This document shows, piece by piece, positions 10,057-19,152 of a stretch of DNA of 64,000 nucleotides. Source of the DNA: an uncultured delta proteobacterium (GTDB lineage Bacteria > Myxococcota > Kuafuiibacteriia > Kuafuiibacteriales > Kuafuiibacteriaceae). The position numbers were made by a program, and so were the translations under genes. The first letter of the stretch is position 1. Every line of letters starts with the position of its first letter. The notes under the pieces are model-generated. The model was given only the letters and a program-made list of their open reading frames with translations, did no database searches and was not told the DNA's origin. The stretch is taken from positions 224,001-288,000 of the forward strand of contig CAWDML010000014.1 in assembly GCA_963803435.1 (NCBI GenBank). Reading direction: 5' to 3'.

Positions 10057-11574
10057 TCACGGCGAGCAGGTCGCCGTCTGGGGGTTGCAGGTCCCGTTCG
10101 GGCAGTCCTGATCGCTCTGGCAGGGGACGCTCATGTTCGCGGCGACGCAGGTCCACGTCACCTGATCGCACACCTCGCCCTGCGCGCAGTCCGAGTCGAG
10201 CTGGCAGTAGACCACGTTCGACGGGGTGCAGGCGCCGTTCGTGCAGCTCTCGCCCTGGTTGCAGTCGGCGTCGCTGTTGCACGCGGGCTGGGTGTTGCTG
10301 CAGATGCCGGTCTGGGGATCGCAGGTCCCGCCCATGCAGTCCTGATCCGTCTGGCAGCCATTGTTGTTGTTCCCGGGGACGCAGGTCCACGACATCTGAT
10401 CGCACACCTCACCCTGCGGGCAGTTCGCATCGATCTGGCAGGACATCGGCTGCGAGATGCAGGCGCCGTTCTCGCAGCGCTCGCCCTGGTTGCAGTCGGT
10501 GTCGCTGTTACACGCGGGCTGGGTGTTGCTGCAGGTGCCCGTCTGCGGATCGCAGGTCCCGCCCATGCAGTCCTGATCCGTCTGGCAGCCGTTGTTGTTG
10601 CCGGGGACGCAGGTCCACGACATCGGGTCGCAGATCTGACCCTGCGGGCAGTTCGCGTCGATCTGGCACGACATCGTCTGCGGCACGCAGGCGCCGTTCG
10701 CGCAGTGCTCGCCCTGCTGGCAGTCGGCGTCGCCGTTGCACGCGGGCTGAGTGTTGGTGCAGGTGCCCGTCTGGGGATCGCAGGTCCCGCCCATACAGTC
10801 CTGATCCGTCTGGCACCCGTTGTTGTTGCTCGGCGTGCACGCGCCGTTCACGCAGGCCTCGCCCTGCTGGCAGTCGGAGTCGGTCATGCAGGCCGGGTTG
10901 TTGTTCGTCTGCACGCACGCCCACGACATCGGATCGCAGACCTCGCCCTGCGCGCAGTCGCTGTCGACCTGACAGGACATCGTGTTGACCGTGCCGCAGG
11001 CGCCGTTGACACAGACCTGATTCGCCGGACAGTCGCTGTCGGCCAAACAGCCGTTCTGGGGCGTGCTGCAGGTGGCGGTGTTGGGATCGCAGGTCTGGCC
11101 CTGGAGACAGTCGCTGTCGCTCATACAGGGCGCGTTCGGATCGAAGCACCCGTACATCGAGAAGTGCTCGAGGCGGCCTTGCACCACCCTCTGTCCCTGC
11201 GCCGTGTCGTGCAGCGGGATGGGACGCGCGGGATCCGCATAGGCGAGGACCAGCTCGGCGTCCGTGTTGACATCGACCTTCAGCATCGCGGGCTTCGCGA
11301 ACGTGGTCCCGCTCGGGCCGAACTCGTACATGGCCGACTTCAGGCCGTTGCGCTGGACGTCGCGGCGCACCAGCACCCAGAGCTCTCGCGTCTCGGCGAG
11401 CGCGTCGGCGTCGATGGTGAGCTCGGCGCGTCCGTCCGCGCTCTTGACCTTCCCTCCGTCGGGGCCGATCGACACCGTGGTTTTCTCGATGAGCACCGTG
11501 TCCTGCGTGCAAGCCGCGAATCCGCCCGCCAGGAGCACCGTCAACAGAACGTTCTTTCCTTGGATCATCTTCAT
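10057..11574 (-). CDS. Cys-rich repeat lipoprotein with ZU5-like N-terminal domain
   Basis: Lipobox GFAAC; IGPDGG...YEFGPSGTTFAKP...LEHFSMYG (ZU5-like); 14 modules of CxxDxxCxxxxxC..C. Confidence 0.85.
   Translation of the reverse strand: MKMIQGKNVLLTVLLAGGFAACTQDTVLIEKTTVSIGPDGGKVKSADGRAELTIDADALAETRELWVLVRRDVQRNGLKSAMYEFGPSGTTFAKPAMLKVDVNTDAELVLAYADPARPIPLHDTAQGQRVVQGRLEHFSMYGCFDPNAPCMSDSDCLQGQTCDPNTATCSTPQNGCLADSDCPANQVCVNGACGTVNTMSCQVDSDCAQGEVCDPMSWACVQTNNNPACMTDSDCQQGEACVNGACTPSNNNGCQTDQDCMGGTCDPQTGTCTNTQPACNGDADCQQGEHCANGACVPQTMSCQIDANCPQGQICDPMSWTCVPGNNNGCQTDQDCMGGTCDPQTGTCSNTQPACNSDTDCNQGERCENGACISQPMSCQIDANCPQGEVCDQMSWTCVPGNNNNGCQTDQDCMGGTCDPQTGICSNTQPACNSDADCNQGESCTNGACTPSNVVYCQLDSDCAQGEVCDQVTWTCVAANMSVPCQSDQDCPNGTCNPQTATCSP
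10060..11130 (-). repeat. Intragenic tandem repeats: 14 four-Cys modules, including a triplicated 228-231 bp super-unit
   Basis: GCAGGTCCCGCCCAT(G/A)CAGTCCTGATCCGTCTGGCA recurs at 10321, 10552 and 10780. Confidence 0.9.
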
Positions 11575-11623
11575 GCGTCCTTTCCGAGAAGCGGCCATTC
11601 GTTGCCGGATGACGGTGAGATGT

Positions 11624-13073
11624 TCACGGTGTTTTCGGGCATCGCGATCCGATGTGCTGTCTCAGGGTCTCCGCTCGGGCGCGGAGCGCCGCCGGCGCCC
11701 GGATCCGGTCGATCACCTCGAGCGCGTCGCAGGGATCGTCCTCTTCCAGCGCGCGAGCCACGTCCAGCGCGACCACGGCCGCCTCCAGTGAGACGCCCTC
11801 GACGGGCAGCCCGCGCAGCGCTCGGGCCGCCGCCCAGGGGTCGCCGAGCTCGAGCTGCGTGCGGGCCCCGAGCGCAATCCGCTCGAGGCCGAGCTCGCCA
11901 CGGCCGAAGCGTTGGTCGGCGTCCGCCAGGATCCGCAAGCTGTCCTCTCGGCGATGGAGACGGAGGAGGAGCTCAGCCTCTCGGAACAGCGCCTCCTCGG
12001 CGAACGGAGCGCCATCTCATGCGCGGCGATGGCCGCGTAGAGCTCGGCCGCCTCGCCCGGATCACCGTCGCGGCGGGCGCGATCCGCGCGGGCGATGAGG
12101 GAAGCGAGCGAAGGTGGCGGCGGCGGCGCTCTCCACACGACGACGGGCGCAGGCGCCGGCGCCGGCGGGGATCGCGGGCGTCGGAATCCTCTGCGACCAC
12201 GACCGGCGGTTCGGGGGGCGCCGGCGGCTCGAGGACGTCCGGCGCCGCGGAGGGCGGCGGCCGCTCGAAAGCGTCGGCGCGCACGTCCAGCGCCGGTCGG
12301 GGCGCGGGCTCCGGCACCCGCTCCGGCGCGGGACGCGGCCGCGCTCGGGCGCGGGGCTTCGGGCGGGAACGACCGATGGGCCAGGACCGCGGCGCCGGCG
12401 TGGCCCCTCCCTCGGGCGGCGGTACCGCGGGCGGCGCCTCCTCGACCGCGCGCTCCGCCACCGCCGGCCGCTCCAGCACGCGCCGCGCGCCCGCAGGCAC
12501 CCGCAGCACCCGGCCGCTCAATCGCTCGGTGACCTCGGCCGTGCCGGACTCCACTCGGACCTCCGTCCGGTCGGCGCCCGCCTCTACCTGAAAGCGCGTC
12601 CCCACCACCGCGATCGCCGCGACGGGCGTCGTCACCCGGAAGCGCTGCGTCGCCGCCACCTCCAGGTCGACCACGCCCGTGTCGAGCACCAGCTCGACCT
12701 CGTCGGGCGCGAGCACCGGCATCTGGATCCGGGCCTCTCCCAGCGATCGCAGCCGGCCCCGACCGATCTCCACCACCGCGCCCTCCGACAGGATCAGCAC
12801 GTCCCCGCTTCGCTTTGCCGGTCCGGCGACGACGCGCACGCTCGCGTCGTCTCCGCCGGCGCGGGCCATCATGACCACGACCGCAGCTGCGCCGGCGGCA
12901 ATCGCGAGGCTCGGGAGCTTCCATCCCAGGCCCGAGGCTCGCTTCGGTCGCGCGATGGAAGCGTCGAGCGCCCAGCGCATCTCAATCGCGACGGCCGGAT
13001 CGAGACGCCGCCGTCCCTGCTTGAGAACGCTGCGCGCGTGTTCGAGCAGCTCTTCGTCGCTGGACATCGTCAT
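11624..13073 (-). CDS. FecR-domain anti-sigma factor with Pro-rich linker and C-terminal TPR (apparent frameshifts near 12170-12190 and 12015)
   Basis: ATG overlaps the sigma stop; TM helix LPSLAIAAGAAAVVVMM; FRVTTPVAAIAVVGTRFQV...EVRVESG (FecR); TPR-like tail SLIARADRARRDGD / FAEEALFREAELL continues in other frames. Confidence 0.75.
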
Positions 13074-13667
13074 CTCTCCTTGCTCCGCTCGAGCAGGCGC
13101 ACCAGCTCCTTGCGTGCGTGAAACAGGCGGGTGCGCACGGTCGCTTCGTTGAGATCCAGGATGTCGCCGATCTCCTTGCCGGAGAGTCCTTCGACCTCGA
13201 ACAGCAGGTAGACGATCCGCTTCTCCGCGCGGATCTTCATCAGACATCTCCAGACCCGGAGCAGCTCCGCGCGATCGGCGGTGGCGCGCTCGAGAATCGT
13301 GCGGCCGACGGGTCGAGGGCTCGAGCTCGAGCGCCTTGACCAGCCGTCGATGCCGCCGCCACGAGCGCAGCTGGGTCAGCACGATCCGGGACGCGATCCC
13401 GTAGAGCCAGGTCTCGAGCTTCGACTCGCCGCGGAAGCGCGGCAGGCTCCGATGGGCCTGGAGGAAGACCTCTTGGGTGAGGTCCTGGATGTCGGCATCG
13501 CTCGCCCCGACGCCGAGCAGGCTCGCCACCATGCGGTAGACGTCGGCGGCGTGGCGGCGAAAGACCGCGTCGATGCTCGGCGTGACCGGGCGAGACGCCA
13601 CGACTTCTTCGGCGACGGAGCGGGCGAACGAGCGGCTCAAAGGGCGATTCGGTCCTCTCAGGGGCAC
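13070..13667 (-). CDS. ECF RNA polymerase sigma factor (apparent +1 frameshift near 13310)
   Basis: Region 2 DLTQEVFLQAHRSLPRFRGESKLETWLYGIA; region 4 in the adjacent frame RIVYLLFEVEGLSGKEIGDILDLNEATVRTRLFHARKEL. Confidence 0.88.
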
Positions 13668-13695
13668 CTTGGGTCGCCCCCTCGCGTCGAAACGT

Positions 13696-14619
13696 TCAAA
13701 AAAAGCGCACGGCCAGCCCTGCCTCCAGCCAAGGCACGAGAATTCCTGTACGAATCTCGTCGTCGGACGCCGGCAGGGTCAACGTCACCGCCGGAAAGCG
13801 CAGCAGCCCGCCGCCGTCGGCGAACACCGTCAGTGTCTCCCCCACCAGGGTCGCCCTGAACGTCCCGCCGAAGCGCACCACCCCCTCCGCCGTTCGGACC
13901 CGCGTCTCTTCGGCCTGACCCGGCGCCACGGGGAAGGCCGCTGGCGCCGCCCGGATCCGAATCGCGTTGGCGCCGCCGGCCAGCTCCAGGCCGAGCGCCA
14001 CGGGCCCCAGGTGGAGCGGGCGCCAGCCGGCCCGCAGGAGCACCGTGAGCTCGGTGGCCTGCGCCTCGATCCCGGCGTCGTCGCGGTTGCAGCAGAACAG
14101 CCCGGCCCAGACACCGGCCTCGAAGTCCGCGCGCTGGACCGACACGGCCAGGGCCGGCCCGAGCTGCGGGCGTTGCGGGCTCGCCCACCATTGCGTGGCG
14201 AAGGCGGCCTCCAGGCTGAAGTGCCACAATCGCTCCGGCTCGAGCGTCTCAGGGTGCTCGATGGCCCTCGACGACTCGACAGCGCGGGCGGCCAGCAGCG
14301 CAATCCGCCGCAGCGCCGGCTCCGGATCGGCGTCGTCGAGGGCGATCCGCCGGGCCAGCACCGGCATCGACGGCGGCGCGATCATGTCGACGTCGAGGTG
14401 GCCGTCGAGCCGCTGGATGGTCAGCGACAAGGTGGCGGCGCGGCTCGACGTGACGACGCGGCAGTCTGGGACTTCTGTGGCGAGCAGTGCCTCCAGCCGC
14501 TTCGAGAGCGCGCCCGCGTCGACGTGCAAGAGGCAGCGCTCTGCGCGCGCCTCCGCGGGGACGAGCCCGAACAGGCCCACAGGGCCAATCAAGCCGACGA
14601 AGACACACAGATGACGCAC
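13696..14619 (-). CDS. Exported hypothetical protein, probable outer-membrane beta-barrel C-terminus
   Basis: Signal-like N-terminus ending AEARA; alternating beta-strand pattern; ends GLAVRFF; first gene of the ECF operon; start uncertain. Confidence 0.6.
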   Translation of the reverse strand: MRHLCVFVGLIGPVGLFGLVPAEARAERCLLHVDAGALSKRLEALLATEVPDCRVVTSSRAATLSLTIQRLDGHLDVDMIAPPSMPVLARRIALDDADPEPALRRIALLAARAVESSRAIEHPETLEPERLWHFSLEAAFATQWWASPQRPQLGPALAVSVQRADFEAGVWAGLFCCNRDDAGIEAQATELTVLLRAGWRPLHLGPVALGLELAGGANAIRIRAAPAAFPVAPGQAEETRVRTAEGVVRFGGTFRATLVGETLTVFADGGGLLRFPAVTLTLPASDDEIRTGILVPWLEAGLAVRFF

Positions 14620-14732
14620 AGAAACAGCCCTCTTCTCTATCAAGGCCGTCTCGCCACAGGCCATCGGTCGAACTGGTTGAGGAGCAAACGGCTTGACCCA
14701 TGCAGAGACCGGATCGTTTGGTTCTCAAACGA

Positions 14733-15743
14733 ATGACACGCACTGGAAACGCCAAGGCCCCCCTGGAGGCTTCGGCGCGCTACTCCGTCGTCGAGCTCCA
14801 GAGCCCGACCTCGGACTTCGAGAGGGACGTCCGGCTGGGCCTCACCGCCCACGAGAAGCGGCTCTCCTGTCGCTACCTCTATGACGAGGCCGGCTCACGG
14901 CTCTTCCAGAACATCTGCGAGCTCGAGGAATACTACGTGCCCCGGGCCGAGCGCGAGATCCTGACGACCCACGCCGCCGAGATCCTCGCGCTCACACCGC
15001 CACACGCCACCATCGTCGAGCTGGGCAGCGGCGACGCAGCCAAGACCCACGTGATCCTCGACGCGTTCCACCGCCGTGACGGCCGGGTCCGGTACATGCC
15101 GATCGACATCGATCCCTCGGTCCTGGAGGCGTCCGCCGAACGCATGCTGCCCGAGCTGGACGGTCTCGAGGTCGACGCCATCGCCGGCGAGTACGGCGTC
15201 GCGCTCGCCCACCTCGACGCGACCGCCTCCGAGCTCGAGAAGCTGATCCTCTTCCTCGGCTCCAACATCGGGAACTTCGATCGCCGCGACGCCTCTCGCT
15301 TCCTGGTCCAGATCCGGCAGGCGATGGGGCCTCGCGATCGGCTGCTGATCGGGGTGGACCTGCGCAAGGATCCGTCGATCCTGGTGCCCGCCTACGACGA
15401 CCCGCACGGCGTCACCTCGGAGTTCAACCTCAACCTGCTGGCCCGCATCAACCGCGAGCTCGGCGGTCACTTCGACCTCACCGGCTTCACCCACCGCGCC
15501 TTCTACGAGGAGGAGGCCGGCCGGATGGCGATGTACCTCGAGAGCCTCCGCGATCAGATCGTGGCGATCGACGCGCTCGGCCTCAGCGTCCAGTTCCGCG
15601 CCGGCGAGCTGATCCACACCGAGTACTCCTACAAGTACGCGCCCGCCGAGATCGACGCCCTGGCGGAGAAGTCCGGCCTGCGCGTGCTGCGCCGCTGGTT
15701 CGACTCCGCGGGGCTGTTCAGCAGCAATCTGCTGGCCCGCTGA
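14733..15743 (+). CDS. egtD: L-histidine N-alpha-methyltransferase (hercynine synthase)
   Basis: KRLSCRYLYDEAGSRLF..I..LEEYY, VELGSG, FLGSNIGNF, AYDDPHGVTSEFNLNLLARIN, IHTEYSYKY. Confidence 0.92.
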   Translation: MTRTGNAKAPLEASARYSVVELQSPTSDFERDVRLGLTAHEKRLSCRYLYDEAGSRLFQNICELEEYYVPRAEREILTTHAAEILALTPPHATIVELGSGDAAKTHVILDAFHRRDGRVRYMPIDIDPSVLEASAERMLPELDGLEVDAIAGEYGVALAHLDATASELEKLILFLGSNIGNFDRRDASRFLVQIRQAMGPRDRLLIGVDLRKDPSILVPAYDDPHGVTSEFNLNLLARINRELGGHFDLTGFTHRAFYEEEAGRMAMYLESLRDQIVAIDALGLSVQFRAGELIHTEYSYKYAPAEIDALAEKSGLRVLRRWFDSAGLFSSNLLAR

Positions 15744-15747
15744 GCGC
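15652..15747 (+). repeat. Direct repeat copy 1 (egtD 3' end including stop)
   Basis: Matches 19056-19152 with about 6 substitutions and 1 indel (manual alignment). Confidence 0.92.
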
Positions 15748-15820
15748 GGGCTCGACCGATGGGGTCGACGTTGGTTCGAATCCTAAGCGGACCAGGCGGA
15801 GAAGCTGCTCGAGCTGCACT

Positions 15821-15958
15821 GGTGGCGCCGATCATGATCACGACCAGGCCGAGCGCGGCGAGCGGCGTGAGCCGGCGGCGGATCCGGAGGAGCCCCGGGA
15901 GGACGAGGCCGAGCCCACCGAGGAGCTCCGCGACGCCGATGAAGCGGATGAACCACGG
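15821..15958 (-). pseudogene. DoxX-family membrane protein fragment
   Basis: WFIRFIGVAELLGGLGLVLPGLLRIRRRLTPLAALGLVVIMIGAT; no intact N- or C-terminus. Confidence 0.7.
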
Positions 15959-16004
15959 GGAAGGCGATCGACCCTTGCATGTCGTCGATCGAGGCCACGA
16001 GCGC

Positions 16005-16328
16005 CCAGCGACCGCCGCCACCCAGAGCTTTGCGCTGGTGATGATCGACGACAGCATCGACTTCGTGCACTGGGTTGCCTTCGACCTACCGCCGGAGACC
16101 ACCAGCCTGCCGGAAGGGGCGAGCGATCAGGGCCTGCTCCCTGCGGGCACCCGGGAAGCGAACGCGTATTGCGTCCAGTACTGCGGCCCCTGCCCGCCGA
16201 ACACGCACACGTACACCTTCCGTCTCTACGCGCTCGACGTACCGATGATCGACTTCTCGTACTCCGGCTCCTTCGGAGACGCGGAGCTCGGCGCCGCCTT
16301 CGGCGCCAGCTCGGGATCGCCACCTTGA
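16005..16328 (+). pseudogene. YbhB/YbcL (PEBP/Raf kinase inhibitor-like) 5'-truncated fragment
   Basis: TQSFALVMIDD..FVHWVAFDLP...YCGPCPPNTHTYTFRLYALD. Confidence 0.75.
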
Positions 16329-16489
16329 CCGGCACGTACACACCGTAACGCCTCGGCCGACCCGCGCACGGCAGGTCGGGAGCGGCCCGTGCCTCGCGTG
16401 GGTCCGGTGCGAGCGGGTCGCAGTGAGCGGCCTGCCGCGGCAGCTCCTCGTTGAGCTCCGACCGCAGCGACGCGAGGAGCTTCACGGCT

Positions 16490-16861
16490 TCAGCGAAACC
16501 GGGCTCCGCGTTTGATCCACGCGAGGTCGATCTTGTCGGTCAACGTCAGCTTGGTGCGCTCCGGATCCAGCGCCTCCGGCCTCGCCTCGAACAAGGTCTG
16601 CTTGATGCGCTCGGGATAGCTCATCTCCGATCTTTGCTCGAAGTGGGTTCGCTTCGAGCGCTCGAGGTCGATCGCCTTCGCCTCGAAGGGTTGAAGCCGG
16701 ACGCGCTCGATGATCGCCTGGAGCCGTTGCTCATGGCGGCGTTCCTGCGCGCGCCCCTCCTGCAGGCGGCGCTGAACCTCTTCGATCCTGGCCTGCGCTT
16801 CGATTCTCCGGCGGCGCATGCTCGCCAGGAGCTGCTTCGTCTTGCGGCGTTTGTCTTTCAT
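16490..16861 (-). CDS. Hypothetical basic coiled-coil protein
   Basis: 123 aa ATG ORF, heptad-rich, protein-like composition; no recognised family. Confidence 0.45.
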   Translation of the reverse strand: MKDKRRKTKQLLASMRRRRIEAQARIEEVQRRLQEGRAQERRHEQRLQAIIERVRLQPFEAKAIDLERSKRTHFEQRSEMSYPERIKQTLFEARPEALDPERTKLTLTDKIDLAWIKRGARFR

Positions 16862-17027
16862 CGACGGTACCTACCGAAGAAGGGCCTCGGATTCGGCCAG
16901 ATTCGAGTCGCTGCTCGGGCGCTCGCGGCTCCGTCAGCATCTGGGTGTCCAAAATCGCCTCGGACCGACGAGGCGAAACCGCTGCCGCAGCCGATCTCCA
17001 CATGTTACGCTCGCCCCGTGCACGCCG

Positions 17028-17261
17028 ATGACCTCCGACGTTGGATTCCACCAGCGCCAGCTCGGCGAAAAGCGAGAGCTCGCGGAGATGCGCGACGCAG
17101 CGCCCCCGCCCGAGGAAGCGTTTGAGCACGGGCTGAGCATGATCGCCTTTGCCCGGAGGCTTCACGGGTGGCCCCTCCCAGAGGATGAGCAGTCGAGGCG
17201 GGAAGAGCTCGAGGTGTTCCATCGCTGGGCGCGGCTCCGGCGCCGGCTAACCGACGCATGA
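17028..17261 (+). CDS. Small protein, putative antitoxin
   Basis: 77 aa helical ORF with ATGA overlap to the downstream nucleotidyltransferase. Confidence 0.6.
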   Translation: MTSDVGFHQRQLGEKRELAEMRDAAPPPEEAFEHGLSMIAFARRLHGWPLPEDEQSRREELEVFHRWARLRRRLTDA

Positions 17262-17849
17262 GCGTCTCCGAAGCCGGTCCCCTTCTCGAAGCAATGGCCG
17301 CCCTCGAGCGCGGTCTCCAGCGCATCGGATTGCCCCACATGCTGATCGGTGGGCTCGCGGTCATCGCCCGCGGCGTTCCGCGCGACACACGCGATATCGA
17401 CGCTACCATCTGGGCGCCCGATCTCGACCTCGCCAAGCTCGTCGAAGCTCTGGCGGCCGAGCGGGTCGTCGGCCGCATCCCGGATCTGGAGGATTTCGCT
17501 CGCCAAGCGCAGGTGCTCCTCCTCGTCCACGAGCCCACGAAGACTCCGATGGAGGTCACGCTGGCCTGGCTTCCGTTCGAGAAGGAAGCCATCGATCGGG
17601 CCGAGCGGATGAAGCTCGGCGGCGTCGAGCTGCCCGTCGCCGTCGCCGAGGATCTCCGTGATTTACAAGGCGATCGCCGGCCGGGATCGAGACCGGGATG
17701 ACCTCGCGCGGCTCCTTCGGCTCCACGCCAGCGAGATCGATCTCGACCGGGTTCGTGGTGTCGTCGCTCAGTTTGCGGAGGCGCTGGAAGACTCTCAGCG
17801 GGTCGTGGACCTGGAGCGCATCATCGCTAGCGTCGACGACGACAGCTGA
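17258..17849 (+). CDS. Pol-beta-superfamily nucleotidyltransferase (DUF6036/AbiEii-like putative toxin), apparent +1 frameshift at ~17657
   Basis: LIGGLAV...PRDTRDID motif; AVAEDL then VIYKAIAGRDRDRDDL in the next frame. Confidence 0.75.
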
Positions 17850-18309
17850 CACCCGGCCGGCCCGGGCCGCGGTGCTTGCTGCCGTCGTACCTCCGCGGCG
17901 ATCAGCTGCCCGTGCGAGCGCAGGATAGTGTCGGGGTGATGATCGGTGAACTGGACACCGGCGCGTCCATCCCGACCCCGCTCCGCACTCCCCAGGCGAA
18001 GCAATCTGATCCGCACGACACCCGTCGCGGCCGGTCGCCGAGCGCCGAGGTCAGCGACCGGCGGAACGTCCACGCGAGGTCCGGCGCGTCCTCGGGGCGC
18101 GCTTCGACGGCCGCTCCGTGAGCCGCAGGTACGGCCCGAGCAACGCGACGAGCTCGTCGACGAGTATGTCTCCCTCGAGGAGCTCGCGCTTGCTGAACGC
18201 GGCGACCTCGGGGCGGGGGTGCGTCCCCAAGCACGCTCGAGCATGCCTACGTGTCGGTGACGTGCGAGCAGGGTCGCTTCCTCCATCCGTCTTGGTCGGA
18301 GCGTGGGGT

Positions 18310-18890
18310 CTCAGCGCCTACCGAGCGAACGTCCCCAACGGCACCTACCGGGTGACGCTGAGGTTCGCGGAGACCTGGTCGGGCGTGACCGGGCCCGGAT
18401 AGCGTGTGTTCGGCGTGGCGATCGAGGGGATCGACGTCGCGCCCGACCTCGACGTCTTCGCCGCGGTGGGCTTTGCCCAGGCCTACCAGCTCGTCATCGA
18501 CGGCGTCTCCGTCCAGGATCAGCGGCTCGACCTCGAGTTCACCCCCAACCTGCTTTCGACCATGTTCGACGGCCTCGAGATCGCGGAGACGGCGATCGTC
18601 GAGCGGCGCATCTCGTCCGGGCTCGACGATGTCGAGGAGAACGCGAGCACCGGCGGGATCAACGCGACCAGCACCGACCTCGAGCTGGCCGTCGACAACA
18701 CCACTACGCAGGTGATCGGAATGCGATTCTCCGCGGTGGGCCTCCCGAACGGCGCCGTCATCACCAGCGCGCACGCGCAGTTCCAGGTGGACGAGGTGAG
18801 CAGCGCGGCACGGGCGCGCGGGTCGCCGAATCATTCGACGGCGTGGCGACGGCGGCACCGCTGCTGCATGTCGAGTATCTGGCGCCCTGA
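18310..18890 (+). pseudogene. Malectin-domain protein remnant (5' truncated, in-frame TAG at 18400-18402, internal deletion near 18805)
   Basis: VPNGTYRVTLRFAETWSGVTGPG*RVFGVAIEG...DLDVFAAVG; then DDVEE...QVIGMRF...AVITSAHAQFQVDE jumps to GTGARVAESFDG..APLLHVEY in another frame. Confidence 0.8.
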
Positions 18891-18897
18891 AGGCGAC

Positions 18898-18945
18898 TCA
18901 AGCGCGACGCCGAATCACGTGAAAGCCGAAGCGGGTCCCGACGGC
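18898..18945 (-). pseudogene. Parvulin (PpiC-type PPIase) C-terminal remnant
   Basis: Hand translation VGTRFGFHVIRRRA*, matching the parvulin T-x-F-G-F-H-I-I motif; very short. Confidence 0.45.
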
Positions 18946-18946
18946 G

Positions 18947-19055
18947 GCACCGGACCTGACGATCGCGAACCGCGCGACCCACGTCGACGGCATGTTGCAG
19001 CTCGCGATCGACGACTGCACCGGCTGCCACGGGAACTCGAAGAACCTCGCGCCTC
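18947..19055 (+). pseudogene. Multiheme c-type cytochrome fragment
   Basis: APDLTIANRATHVDGMLQLAIDDCTGCHGNSKNLAP: HVDG followed by CxxCH, typical of deltaproteobacterial CxxxxCH/CxxCH repeats. Confidence 0.55.
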
Positions 19056-19152
19056 TCGACGCACCGGCGGAGAAGTCCGGCCTGCGCGTGATGCGCCGCT
19101 GGTTCGACTCCGCGGGCCCTGTTCAGCCGCAATCTGCGGGCCCGCTGAGCGC
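19056..19152 (+). repeat. Direct repeat copy 2 (degenerate egtD 3' end)
   Basis: GGCGGAGAAGTCCGGCCTGCGCGTG(A/C)TGCGCCGCTGGTTCGACTCCGCGGG...GCCCGCTGAGCGC shared with 15652-15747. Confidence 0.92.

Noticed and set aside
10060-11130. Regular repeats as a CRISPR array
   Set aside because: The repeats are in-frame coding Cys modules without unique spacers, and there are no cas genes
11973-13667. Sigma/anti-sigma fusion protein suggested by the 564 aa ORF
   Set aside because: Produced by a frameshift; sigma region 4 and its own stop (13070) are in another frame with an ATGA-type overlap
14733-15743. Complete ergothioneine cluster
   Set aside because: Only egtD is present; no egtB or egtC in the window
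17850-18300. Additional ORFs or fragments inside the islet
   Set aside because: Several short overlapping frames, none with a motif I can assign
18400-18402. In-frame TAG in the malectin domain as possible amber recoding or pyrrolysine
   Set aside because: TAG terminates normal genes here (rplL, nusG, the amylase at 1957), and the same gene is also truncated and internally deleted, so it is a pseudogene
15652-19152. Repeat pair as DGR template/variable repeats
   Set aside because: No reverse transcriptase in the window, and the differences are not confined to adenines of one copy
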